Origin: Eledone cirrhosa
Lineage: Eukaryota
Direction: 5' to 3'
Assembly (NCBI GenBank): GCA_964016885.1
Contig: OZ024743.1
Location: 3,844,001-3,908,000 of the forward strand
DNA: 64,000 nt
Position 1 is the first letter of the stretch. Each line of letters begins with the position of its first letter. A program made the position numbers and the translations under genes. Under the pieces are notes generated by a model, which searched no databases, was not told where the DNA came from, and worked only from the letters and a program-made list of their open reading frames with translations. Below, in pieces: positions 29,904 through 43,659 of the stretch.

Positions 29904-29924
29904 CATATATATATATATATATAT

Positions 29925-30458
29925 ACGAGTGTGACTTTTTAGTCGAGCCAGCGACTTGAAAACTCTGGTACAAACACTACACTTGTGACAATTACTGACA
30001 CAGTGCTGGGCCCATGGTACCATGTGATGACAAGTGCAGAGAGATCTCCAGATATAAAGCAATGCCTGTGCCGTGAAGCTTTTATAGTGAGCAAAGGCAC
30101 TGCACAAAGCCAGTCCCACTCTCTTAACCAAGATGATATTTACCAAAAAGAAGAACAAGTCAACATCATGGGATACCATCAGGGTTGCAGGTGTTATATC
30201 AGAGTTTTCCTTCTCCTAGAATTCTGCCTTGACAAAGGCTAAGGGGTCATCTCTCCCGGTGATTTTGGATGGCCATTGTCTCTTAAGAGCTCCTTTGCCC
30301 TTTGACAGGTTTTGTTTTTAGTCTTGCAGGATGTCCAAAGTCACCCTCCTCACCAAGAAACCTTGGTGGGGTTGCCAGTTTAGTCGCCAACGACCCGACC
30401 ATAAAACAGGTTGTACTGGGATACATGTTACCAGTAGCACCAACTGGTGACCTGACAC
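29925..30458 (-). mobile_element. Second copy of the RTE-derived element (3' tail lost)
   Basis: Highly similar to 51843-52376; [17 protein letters not shown]. Confidence 0.72.
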
Positions 30459-31199
30459 ATACATACATACATACATACATACATACATACATACATACAT
30501 ACATACATACATAGATACATACATACATATCGGTGTGTGTGTGTGTGGGGGGGTGGGTCATATCTGTGTGTAGTAAGAGGGGGTGATGCCAGAAAGACTT
30601 ACTGAGAGCCAACAAAAATAAAAGAAAGGAAAGAAGAAAGGAGGTTAGAAGACATTCTATCTTTCTAGAACTTATTTCCGTAGTCGTCACACAGAATGAC
30701 ATATAATGATATATTGTAGTATTGATTGTTTTATTCGTTTGTTTTACATATTTTAAAACTAATTATAGGCCGGCTGTCAAAATTCCATAACGACTACGTT
30801 TCGTGGTCTAACGCCGATGGTTTCTTATTTGTTCTTCCATCTAGTGGCTAATAAAACTGCCATTCAAGTAATATTCTGTAATTTCAAAATGAGATGTAAC
30901 ATCCTGACGTTTCAGGTGAGGGATATTTATGTTAGACTTAAGTACATATAATATTTTATATTTAACTTAACCTGCACTACTAAAGAAATAACTAATGGAT
31001 TTTTAGAAATAAAAATATAATAGTCAAAATAGAGTAGGAAAAATATATTTAAATATACTTTTCGAGAAATATTAAATGTCAAATGTGCTGCTGTGAACTC
31101 AGCTGCCTGACAATCAATAGATATGTGTCTTGGGTTCAGTCACTAGGTATTTGCAGTGTCAGCATAAAGCTTACGTATATTATCTGCAATCTATGTGTG

Positions 31200-31890
31200 T
31201 ATATATGTATTCTGAACTGGAGACTTATAGAACTAGCAGGACTAGGCAGAAAAACAAGTAAAATAATGACTGTATTTAGATGTAGAAAGATTATTCTTAA
31301 AACGAAGATAGGCAGGAAGAAACCTTATACAACTAAAAAACTTTTATAAAATAAACACTATGGGTTTACAAAAATATCTAATGAAAAATAATAGAAAAAA
31401 TGTAGTCTATCTTCATGGAAGCCAACAATTCAAAACAGAACCTGAATTGACAGATAATTATGAGAAGATATGAAATTACAGTGGAAATAACAACAGAAAC
31501 TGTAAAAAAGATTAAATCCAAATTGAAAAGAGATCACTAGAATGCTTGTTAAAATGATGAAAAGAAAAAGCCCTACATGGCCAACACCAGAAAAAGAAAC
31601 TGAATAGCGAGGAACTGGCTATGAAGCAATGGATGAAAAGCCAAGAGTGACGGATTTCTAATTACTGTTAAAGATCTGTCTCCTCATCAGAAACTACCGA
31701 AAATGCATAATGAAGCAAAACATTGTAACTGCAGATTACGAGCTGGCGGGGGAATGAATAATTAAACATGTTGTCTATGGATGCCCAGTCTTAGGCAAAA
31801 CAAAAATACATCCAAAGTCATGATATAGTTGGGATTTACATACACTGGACGTTATGCCAGCAGTATAAAATCCCAACAGGAAAAAATGGT
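31200..31890 (+). mobile_element. Degraded R4/Dong-like LINE C-terminal region
   Basis: Frameshifted peptides KALHGQH, RNYRK, KHVVYGCPVLG and YIQSHDIVGIYIHWTLCQQY. Confidence 0.6.
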
Positions 31891-31906
31891 AATGCAAACA
31901 CACACG

Positions 31907-32760
31907 TTAAGCTTCCAGTAGCCGTGTCCCTGTGTGTGTTGTGTTTTCTGGAGTGGGTGGTGGTGTCTGGCAGGGAGTGTTGTCTAATTTTTTGTGTGTG
32001 GGTCTTCTTTTAGTTTTTTGGGGATTTATGTATTTCCTCTTCTTCTTCTTCACTGGGTGATGAGGAGATGGATGTGCCTGGTAATGGTGGGGTGCAAGTA
32101 TGTTTGTGGCCTTGTGCATGCGTATATTTAAAGCAGTTGGAGAAAGAGAGGGAGAAGGATAAGAAGAAAGAGGGAGAGAGGGAGACCTTTCTTGATGGAC
32201 ACCCTGAGTGGTTTTGTTAGAATGTCTTGTTGTTGTTGTTGGTGGTTGTTCAGTTCCTGCTGTTGGTAATGTCGTTGGCCTTCTTCGTACTATCATTACT
32301 GCTGCTTCTGCTGGTGTTGTTGGTGCTACAGTTGCCGTTGTTGTTCGTTGTTGTTGTTTTTGTTGTGGCTGTTCTGGCCCTGGTTTTGGCAACAGGGGGG
32401 GGGGGGGGGGGGCTCTGGTTCCTTACCTTGTGTTGAGGGTAGAAATTTCCCGAGTGGCCCGTCTGCTCACAAAAATGGCAACGAGGCCTTTTCTCTTCAA
32501 CACTAATGTTGAATTCTATTCCGTCTGTCAAGCAAATAAGGTCTGGGATCTTTTCTAACTTGTCTGGGTTGACGTGGAGCAGTACCTCCATACTGATCCC
32601 AGACCAGTCATCTCTTTTTGTCCTTTTCACCACGACGAGGATGTCGCTCTCCTCGAGGACCACACAAACCAGGATCTACCAGATATGTAGTTCTGGCGAG
32701 ATTCCTGCAATTCTGACCTTTATGGTCATTCTTTCCAGGTACGCTGGATAGCGTATGACT
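31907..32760 (-). mobile_element. LINE ORF1 (gag-like) remnant with zinc knuckle and low-complexity tail
   Basis: RPRCHFCEQTGHSGNFYP is a degenerate CX2CX4HX4C, followed by a Pro/Thr/Asn-rich region. Confidence 0.55.
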
Positions 32761-32835
32761 ATTTGTACTTTAAAACAACCCAAATTAACCAACCATTTGG
32801 AGCTGAATGAACATGTCCGTCGCAAATGAGAAACA

Positions 32836-33038
32836 TAATAATTGTTTCTGATTTAGGCACAAGGAGGGAAAAGGTCGATCAAATCGACCCCAGTACGTAA
32901 CTGGTTCTTTATTTTATCGACCCCGTAAGGATGAAAGCAAAGTTAACCTTGGCAGGATTTGTACTCAGACTGTAAAGGGCCGTAACTCTATGCTGCAAAG
33001 CATGGTGTCCGACTCTCAACCGATACTGCCAATCCACT
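32836..33038 (-). mobile_element. Meta-domain-type SINE
   Basis: Same family motif on the minus strand. Confidence 0.8.
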
Positions 33039-33867
33039 AGCAATAATAACAATATATGAGGGTATGCCTGTGCGTATATAGCTTAATGTCTGGATCTATT
33101 CATCGACTCTTTTTATTAGCGTTGTTCTCAAAGTGCTTCATGGAATCTAAACTATAATAAAGTAAGGAGTGCGGGACTGCGTCCAGAATATATATTTTTT
33201 TATCCCGTTTGTAAAATAAGTTGGATTACTTTGAATAAATAATGAATGAATATTACATAATTTATCTACTAAATTTCGTTATTCTTCATTAAATATAAAT
33301 AATTTTGTTGCCTATTTTAAGATTCACTTCTTTAAAATTTTCAAATATCAACACTTCCGGTTAGGGATCGCTTAAATAAACATTCATATATTTCCGTCAG
33401 TAATTTTCTCCTAATGCAGTTTATATATAATATCATCTTGTTTAATGTATCATGGATTACGTTACTGATTACATTAGACGGTGTAACGCTGTCTTCGTTC
33501 AATTTCTGTGTATATTGTCAATTACGATTTTATTTGATGTATCATATCTACATGTATATATACTTGCGTATAATATCAATATACACTACACATGTTAGCA
33601 GAAAACCACCCAAAGGAATAGGCCACATACCTATCAGAGGTGACATTCCCAGAGGCTGCTTTTACTATTAAAAATATAAATAAAGTTTAATCTAAATGTT
33701 ATTAATCATGTTTGATTAGGAAGACATCAGCATGATAGAATAAAGTTTGTCAAGAAACACAATTGAATAGAATCCATGCAGTGGACTTGAACATCCTACT
33801 TGAGATCATTTATATTAAGAAATCTCGTCGTCTCTGGCTATCATTTTCTCATTCTCTTTCTTTTCTG

Positions 33868-33943
<76 letters not shown>

Positions 33944-36128
33944 GGCGTGTATCTAAGTGTGACAAAAACGATATACAATGCATATGAGTAAACATATCGA
34001 GACGGGACAATTGTTGTCGAGATGGAAGAGAGACAAATAAATACAAAAGAAATTGGTATGGTTGTACATTCATTTCCTTGGTGTCTATAATCCTGTACAT
34101 TCATCGTTATAATCTACTTCATTTCAGCTCTATTCCATTTGATACAAGTCACTATACATATGATGAAGTCGCATTTATTATCTAAACTCCTATTCTACTG
34201 GATATCATGTCTACCGTTTGATATCAGTTTCACTTTGTAGAGGAAATTAAACGAGAAACACCGTGTATTTTCCCTTCAACGTTATTATTTATGTCCGAAT
34301 GGATATATTCCTATAATTTAATGAACAGTCTCATTCATGCTGCGAATATAAACGTATCCACTAGGAATCATGTTAATGTCGTCTCAATGTTCATATAATT
34401 ATAGAAGCTCGGTGTTTCCTATATATCACATTTGATTTCATATTTTAAAAACCGAGTTCGACTACAACTCGCAACGCACAGTATGCTACATTTCCACATT
34501 GTTCTCTACATCAAACGCCATACTACATTAAAATTTCTCTACTATAAATGTTAAACAATAACTAAATATATATCGTCATTACATATGTCAGTTAACCTAA
34601 CGTCCACAAATGTATAGTATCTAAAAGATATAGACCTTAGTAGCTTAATTTTAACTCTGTCATTAAAGAGAGTTTAGTTGAACATAAACCATTTAAGCTG
34701 AGATCCAATATATATTGCTGAACGGAGTACAGACTGCTCACATTCAATGGACTACTGCAGAATAAATCACTTGAAGTAGAGATAAATTTAACCATGACGT
34801 TAAGCCACATTTATATTTCTCGTTAGACTAGCTGTCGTTAGTGATTGATGAGGGAAGATGCGGTGAAGAGGAAATGTAGGCAGCGTGTGTTCGTTAAGGA
34901 TTAGGGCCTATGAAAGGGAATGTGCGTAATATACAGAAAGTGAACAGCAACTGAATATTGGTTAGAATATGACACAGCAGAATACGTCCAACATACAGAA
35001 AGACTGTAACGAACACACAATAACATTTGTAGTGGTAACCACAACAACATGACACATCCACACACACTGTCAAATAAACTGTTGTAGATACACTTACATG
35101 CGCGCATCCACAACCATAAGCCGTTGAACAGGTGAAGCCGCAAGTAATTACGAAGGATATAGAAAGTTTGTGACGGAAATGTATTTATTCTCATATATTC
35201 CCTATCACACCATCACTCTCTGACTTTCCCCTTACACAAATTAAATCTCTTGGCATTCATAACACTTTTCCAATCTATTCACTGTGACATCATTCTCAAC
35301 TCTTCGTCGAAGATGAAGAGAACTCGAAACATTAAATTTCCGTCTTATACTAACAATAGAACTCCTATAAACTTTCACCTGGATTATTTGTTGTCACTGC
35401 AAACCTTTAAACCTTCAGCAGATTCATCGGATTCCGAACTAGAAACATTTAAAAATTGACTCTAGGAATCAAGGGAGGACAATTTTACTGAGCATTAATT
35501 AAAACATTTGAGAGTATGTAATTGGAAGCAAACCTGGAACAAGCTATCGAAACTCACAGGAGCATAACACGAAGTGCAGTATATGTTAGCAGTATATGTT
35601 AATAGACTACAGGGAGCAGGAACAATGACATTAAACAAGTAAGCTTAACTGGAATTGAGTTGTAGTCAACCTCTCCAGATTAGCACACACCATTGTAATA
35701 GTGAGTGAATTGACGGACTGATGGGGCTCAAGTGCTTGAAATGTGTTCGTGACTGACGGCTTACTTATTTACTACATTAGTGAGAACCGGGTCGGTTCGA
35801 CATACAACATGAATGCATAAATATTATTACTGTTCCATTGCAATAATTCTAAGAAGCATGTATCAGTTTATAAATATTTAATATGTTATTGATTTACGTG
35901 AAAAGAATATGGTGTAATATGTGAGAAGTAGGTCTGTATTTTTATTGCTAATTCAGAAGGAAAGGCAGTGCTCATAAATACTTCGAGACTGGTGGGAGAG
36001 AAGAAGGTATATATCTTCAAACTGGATCCCTAGCCCAGATATTTGCATCAGTGTAGATTCCACTAACATCACCCAGGAGTCAGGGGTTGTTTTTGGCTTG
36101 GTAACAGATTCAGTCATAGACCCAATAT

Positions 36129-36317
36129 CAGACCTGTCAACTCTCTTTTCCCGACGGGGAGATCTCCCACTCACTTTCAGGGTAAGGGATGTCTTCTCTT
36201 CTGAAAATGGGTAAAGCTTTCATTATGTAAAATCTCCCCATTTTTCTCATTTCTCCCCGTTTTGGGTACTCTTTTCATGATACTCCTCATTTGTGTTTTT
36301 AGAGGTTGGCAGGTCTG
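36129..36317. mobile_element. MITE with 13-bp TIRs
   Basis: cagacctgtcaac / gttggcaggtctg. Possible degenerate 7-bp TSD (ccaatat / caaatgt). Confidence 0.65.
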
Positions 36318-37345
36318 CAAATGTAAGCTAGTAGGTTTGTTGTTTTAATTGAATTACCACAGGCTTGTTACTGGATACATGGCTAACGATTTTTAATAGC
36401 ACTCAAACACTCAACATGCCGCACATACGAATAATTACAGTACTACAGGAGGACACTATTACAAAGACAACACCAGTAAACCAAGCCCCCTTAAATTACT
36501 ACGAAGAGAAATATTATTTTAAAATATTGATGTGAAAATCTGTATTGCAAAACATTTTCCTTACCTAATCAGAACAAATTTATATAATGCCACATGAGGT
36601 GAGGTGTTAATGAAATCCAGAATGAAAAATTAACAAAGAATTAACAAAAGAACTCGATATACAACCACCTACAAATGTATACAACGTACCGAGATGATGT
36701 TTCCGGTAACAATGTATAAATAGGTTGCATATGAATTACGTGGTATTCCGGTACACGTCATCTGCAACAGCTCCTTTGTAGTTGATACGGAAACCCGCAA
36801 CAAATATATTGGATGCTAAAACTATAGAAAGTAAAGTGTTTTATATATTTTAGAGTAGAAAAAGGTACTCGAAATTTGTAAAATAGAACACGAATTGCAT
36901 TAGGTCTGACAATAGATTAACACAAGCATATATATATATATATACATTAAAAACTCGTTGTAGCATGGCTAATTACATGTACCTTAAGCTGCATTCTTGC
37001 TTTCAGGAAGGGCGACAAATTGGGCGACGAGTTGTTAGAGCATCCGTATAAAAATGATAGTTGTTTATATATTGTCAAAGTTCTTTCGTCACACATTTTG
37101 TGACCTCATCAGTGACTGGGGATTCTTTTCTCTGTTTTTGTGCCTCTCCTTTGTTCTGTCCTACGCCATTTTGTTTCTGTGTGTGTGTTGTGTGCTCAGT
37201 CTGCGCATGCGCCACATCCGAGTGTCTGTGTGTGTTTATATTTGTTTATTTATTTGTTTATTTACATGTTACCGGTTGGTTGTTCGTTCTATGTGTGTGT
37301 GTGTTTTATTTTATGGAGTAGCGAAACAATTGTAAACGGACATTA

Positions 37346-37528
37346 TTGGCAGTATCGGTAGAGAGTCGGACACCATGCTTTGAAGCATAAAGTTACGTCC
37401 CTCTATGATCTGAGTTCAAATCCTGCCGAGGTTAACTTTGCCTTTAATCCTTACGGGGTCGATAAAATAAAGTACCAGTAATGCACTGGCTAATTTGCTG
37501 GCCTTGTGCCAAAAGTAGAAACAATTAT
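37346..37528 (+). mobile_element. Meta-domain-type SINE
   Basis: tggcagtatcgg...gagttcaaatcc...ccttacggggtcgataaaataaagtaccag. Confidence 0.8.
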
Positions 37529-37530
37529 TA

Positions 37531-37569
<39 letters not shown>

Positions 37570-37572
<3 letters not shown>

Positions 37573-38170
37573 ATGTAATTGCAGAGACCCATCACTATGC
37601 CCCCTTAGTAATGAATGCATGACGAAAAATGTAGTCTACAGGTGCAAGGTCACAACCCCTAACTCGGAGCACCACTACATAGGATCCACAACGACGAGCT
37701 TCAAAGATCGGTGGTATAACCATCGCCATTTCTTTAACAGAATAGATAAGAGGAAATGTACGGCCCTTTCTGAATTGATCTGGAAGCTCAAACTTGAAAA
37801 GACCCCGCACTCTCTGGTCTGGTCCGTGGTTAGAAAGGCTCCCCCAGACAGAGGCGGGTCTGGTATTTGCAACCTCTGTCTTAGTGAGACACTCGAAATA
37901 CTTCATGGCGGAACCAAGCTATTAAACAGAAGGGTCGACTTATTCGGTGCCTGCAGACACCTAAGGACGGGAATTTTCCTCAAGCTATATGGATAAACCC
38001 CGGTTAAGGCCTCCCACAACGCCTCCTCCCACTGTAGGTCCCCTACACCCTGTACCAATGACCAATGGACAACAACAACCACCCATAGTTTGTGGTCCCT
38101 ATGGTGGATGGTCTACCGGATCCTCTACTGGTTAGGAGTCATCAAAACCACGTTTTATTGAACCTGATTT
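37570..38170 (+). mobile_element. 5'-truncated PLE: GIY-YIG endonuclease plus 3' UTR, within (TA)n
   Basis: CNCRDPSLCPL, then ORF 37619-37996 with VYRC...YIG...CNLC...LLN. Confidence 0.9.
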
Positions 38171-38238
38171 TATATATATGTATATATATATATATATATA
38201 TTATATGTATATATATATTTTATATGTGTATATATGTG

Positions 38239-38420
<182 letters not shown>

Positions 38421-38604
38421 TTTATATATATATGTGTATGTATATTTTATATATATATATGTATTTTATATATATATATATTTTATATATGTATATATAT
38501 TTTATATATATATATATATTATATATATGTATATTTTATGTATATATATATATTTTATATATATATATACTTGTGCGTACATATATATATATACACATGT
38601 ATGG

Positions 38605-38903
38605 ATTTGTGTGTGTAGATGTGTGTGTGTCTGAGGGGGTAGGTGTGAGTGTATGTACAAGTCAACCAACATAAGCCTTTTATTTCTAAATTTTCTAAAC
38701 TATCTAAGTATTTGACTCTAACCATTATCTTAAGTATTACCACCCCACATTAATTCCTCAATTTGTATGTGTGGATGTGTGTGTGTGTCTGTGGAGGTGG
38801 GTGTGAGTGTAGTGCAAGCCAACCTACATAAGTCTTTTTATTTGTAAATTTTCTACTCTAACCATAATATTCAGTAGCACCACTCCACATAAATTCCTCA
38901 ATT
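38605..38903. repeat. Diverged ~150-bp tandem duplication
   Basis: 38605-38763 aligns with 38761-38903. Confidence 0.75.
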
Positions 38904-39225
38904 TAAGAATGACCTGTAGTATCTATTTCATACTATTAACCTTAATTGAATATATATCTGACCAAAAATGCTTTTTGTGAAAATCAGTCATATGGAACTA
39001 TTGTCATCTTGCCTGACGGTTTGAACTTTACAACACCACCTGCTTCTTTGAGGTCAAATACCAACCCTACTAGCATCTACAAACTGACCAATGAGAATTT
39101 AGACTATTCCTGCTGACAGCATTAAATTATTCCTAACAAGCTCATATGTTCCAAGGCTCTGATACCATCAACATTATAAACACAGGTGGCATATCGAAGA
39201 ACTGACTAACTGCCTGATGAGATCA

Positions 39226-39281
<56 letters not shown>

Positions 39282-40504
39282 TAGTTTAAAGAGTTAAACA
39301 AGATTCAATGTTACATCAAAGAATGAGATTTACAGTAGATTGGAAGCACTCTACAGTAAGATATTTTCCAGAGTTATTAATATTAAATTCAAGTATTAAT
39401 AAAATAGATGTTCTTGTGATCAATTAAATTTTATTATACATATTTCAGAGGTACTTGAATCAAGTTCAATAGTACGTCCTCATCAGATAAAAGAAAATGA
39501 TACATGACATACTCTGACATGTTAGATGGTTAAGATTTAATCAAGGTAGTGATTAACTTATGAGAAAACTCAATATTTATACCCTAATATTGAGAACATG
39601 CGGAAACGTAATAGAATCAATAGAGTGGGTGTGAGTAAGAAAAACATTGCTTTAATGTAACAGTTATCGAGTTTTTAAAGTTTGAAATACTACTGTAGGA
39701 CTATAGAGGAAGACTATAGATATCTGGAGTTATAATTTTTTTAGTTTTTAGTTTGAGAATGCAACTGATAGATAATTAAAGAGAGAGAGAGAGATAAAGG
39801 GGAGTAATTTATGCACAAATATTCTTCAGACACATATAAACATGCGGTTAAATTTTAAAATATTTAATTTATGTTATTTTAGGGTAACGAATAAAAATTT
39901 TAGGTTTTAAAAGTTGATGGTTATTTGTGTTATAAATTTTATAAATGTGTTAAATTTCTAAAATTCAAAGTTTTATGAAAACAAATTAAAAAAATTTACT
40001 AGGCCCGCGAAAGAAAAATATACACTGTATCATTTTATTTTATCATAGTTCATTATAAAGCGACATCCATATAGAAGTAACAGACGGGTAACTATCAAAG
40101 AAATTAAATAATTCCAAAAGTTAAATTAAGTAAGAGTTGAGATTCTTACACTTCAACATCGACTGCATATTAAGGATGACGAAAATATTCATGCTGACCA
40201 AAATATTAAAATATTCGGGTTTCGACTCCTGAAATAATCTGACAACCACCAGTATCGAAAATTGATTTTTCGTAAAACAGGAATAGAGGTACTTTTCAAC
40301 AGGAATTCCTATTAACAGCCAGTATTGTCCAGTTCACACAAAGGCAAGTGTTTGCCACTGTTATCGACTGATATCTGGCAAGAAAATGGCTGTCGGTGTG
40401 TTTAGCAGCTGCACAATCAATCAAAAACAATTCGATTGGCACCGAGAGTGAATTATCTATTGGGGAATTTGGATTGATTTAATGGCAGAGGCACAAAAGC
40501 AAAG

Positions 40505-41122
40505 CGATGAAATACCAATGAAGGTTGGAAAATCACTGATGAAGGACTATTTTCATCATATGTAAGCCATGTGCAACCACGCAGTATTCATTCTTCTCAT
40601 GTTTTTATATATATTTTCCCCAGCTACGTTTGTCTGTTTCTCTCTTTCTGCTTCCCCCTCTCTCTGTTTCTCTCACCTTCTTTCGCCCCCTCTGTCAGTT
40701 ACACTTTCTCTCGACTGGCCTCTTCCTCGCACTTCCACTCACTCACTCTCTCCTTCTCCCCTTCTCACTTCCTCCCGTTTGGCCTGAAGTTGGGTCCTTT
40801 CTTGCTCACACCTCACTCGCGTCGCACGGTCTGTTGTCTCTCGCCCATGAAATCCACACAGCTTAAGCTGATCGGACTCCCATGTGCTTGTTTTTTCCTA
40901 TCTTTGCGTTGCTATCCTTCTATGTTTGTTTACTTGTCTCGCTCGCTTTACGCGATTTACTTGTCCCAATAGCTTTATTTAGTTATTGCTCGCACCAACT
41001 GGAGGCATATGATTTTTAAACCGATGAAATACCAATGAAGGTTGGAAAATCACTGATGAAGGACTATTTTTATCATATGTAACCCATGTGCAACCACGCA
41101 GTATTCATTCTTCTCATGTTTA
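40505..41122 (+). repeat. ~100-bp direct repeats (40505-40610 / 41022-41122) around a CT-rich spacer; partial-tandem, PLE-like layout
   Basis: cgatgaaataccaatgaaggttggaaaatcactgatgaaggact occurs twice. A diverged relative lies at ~53007-53066. Confidence 0.8.
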
Positions 41123-41126
41123 TATA

Positions 41127-41291
<165 letters not shown>

Positions 41292-41292
41292 G

Positions 41293-41342
<50 letters not shown>

Positions 41343-41404
41343 CATCTTTTCTACAAACGTTTATACCTCATTACACAATACTTCAAGTGAACTATAACTT
41401 CCTC

Positions 41405-41432
<28 letters not shown>

Positions 41433-41438
<6 letters not shown>

Positions 41439-41853
41439 GATAGGGGGAAGAAAAAATGGCTTCACTTGTGCTTTCAACAAATTTTTTTTCTTCACAAAAT
41501 TCAAAAAGAATTTTTCTTAAAAAAAATTATTTTATAAATTAAGTTGTTGGTTGTTGGTTAGGTCTTAGGAGTTCTTGGTTAATGTAGGAGGTATTGTTTC
41601 GTTTTTAGAAAGACCTTTCACGCTGAGGTGCGCTTGTTAAACTGTTTGACAAGCGCACCTCAGCGTGAAAGGTCTTTCTAAAAACGAAACAATACCTCCT
41701 ACATTAACCAAGAACTCCTAAGACCTAACCAACAACCAACAACTTAATTTATAAAATAATTTTTTTTAAGAAAAATTCTTTTTGAATTTTGTGAAGAAAA
41801 TAAATTTGTTGAAAGCACAAGTGAAGCCATTTTTTCTTCCCCCCTATCTTAAT
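41433..41853. repeat. Near-perfect palindrome, 210-bp arms, 1-nt spacer at 41643
   Basis: Centre ...gcgcttgttaaac t gtttgacaagcgc...; about 2 mismatches over the arms. Confidence 0.95.
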
Positions 41854-41955
41854 ATACCTAACTGTACCAAGGATTACACACATTTTCCAATATATATATA
41901 TATATATTATAAAAAATAAACAAAGAGGCCTTCAATACATCAAAAGTCTTTATTA

Positions 41956-41996
41956 GCCAGCAATGTTTCGTCCCATTAATAAGGACTCATCAGGGC
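41956..41996 (-). ncRNA. Hammerhead-like motif with non-canonical cleavage triplet
   Basis: GCC-CUGAUGA-GUCC uuauuaaug GGAC-GAAA-C auu G-CU-GGC followed by aataaa. The triplet GCU is not NUH, so it is probably inactive. Confidence 0.6.
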
Positions 41997-43103
41997 AAGC
42001 AAAGAGACAAGAAGCATTAACGGCCAGAACAATCCAATACTCAGAAGAATAGGGAATTTATATTTATGAAAGCTTAGGAAAGATATCAAGGAAAAGCATG
42101 CTAAACCTAAAAGTGTGCAGTTACATATATAGACTATAGGGCATGAAAGCGAGTAACATGTCAAACCTACGTTGAAAGTACAGTATAATACAAAAACATG
42201 AAACACAACATGGTAATATAATGTGAGAATTACAATATGATATTGAATACAATATAATGGATAATAAGGAATAAAAAGCTTAATATATGTATTTATATAT
42301 ATATCCATATATATACACATTTACACAAACACATACTAACACTTATTAAGTATTTAAATATAAATATACTCGTTATAATATAAAAAACCTTTATAATAGA
42401 ATAAACCAATCACCCTGAAGTTGTGCATAAACAATACAGAAAACAATAGAATAATATACTGACATCAAAAAACATATAAAACTACATCATACGTATTATT
42501 TAAGGTCAATAAATTGTATATAAAGTTTTTCACAGGGTAAGAAAAAATATCATACAAAACTAAAGTATGTTGAAAAAATATATATAAATACATGAAGTAT
42601 TGACAATAAACACGTAGAGGTATAGGCAGCTTACATTCATAAAATATTACAAAACAGTACCTCAAATATCTGACATATATTAATATCTATAATTCAATTA
42701 CATAAAAATAATATGATATATCAATGTTAATATTACAATAGCAGACAGACAGAGTCAATGGAAAATGCTTAAGATATATTTACGCGATTGATATAGGGAG
42801 ACATATTATGATGTAATAACATATGATAGGAAGACAGACAGCAGCATGTGGTAGTAAAAAAATAAAATAAAATAAAACGAAGAACAAAAACAAAAACAAG
42901 CACAGTTACGTAGGTATTAAGTCGTTAGGTAAATATAGATGACAGAATTGAATAGAAAACCTTATTAAATTAATTAATATTAAAATTACTTAAAAGATAT
43001 TATTGGTCACTTCAAATGGAATAAAGTTTAAGTCATCAAAGTGGTATAAAATTAAGATATTTCCATAAAAACTATCAAGATATATTACGTTCCTTTCAGA
43101 CGA

Positions 43104-43243
<140 letters not shown>

Positions 43244-43327
43244 GAGGAAGTTATAGTTCACTTGACGCATTGTGTAATGAGGTATAAACGTTTGTATATG
43301 TATAATAAAGCCAAAACAATGCAGGTA

Positions 43328-43656
43328 TGTATACCAACGGGCTTTAAATGTATTCCCAGTCGCTCCGATGTAATACCATTTCTGGTTGTCTGATTCCACT
43401 GTGCATTGGTAAACCAGGTTAGACTGCATACATTTATTATGTAATGGACAGGTTTCAGGTAGGTGGCAGTTACAATTCTTGTCATTGGCAACTTTGGCAT
43501 TATTGGTGGGCTGCGATGCCTGTGCAAGTGTGTTACGTTTTGTTTGCCTATTAGTCGGTGTTGTGTATTAGATATTCTGTTGTGTTCAATGGTGATTGTA
43601 TTGTTATTGTTGTAAATTTGTGTTCTGGTGTTGTTATGTATCTTTTTAGCGTTAAG
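43328..43656 (-). repeat. Inverted copy of the PLE linker/GIY-YIG segment (45284-45612) at the element's 5' truncation
   Basis: Minus-strand ORFs 43258-43659 and 43085-43429 reproduce the peptides encoded at 45284-45612. Confidence 0.9.
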
Positions 43657-43659
43657 CAT

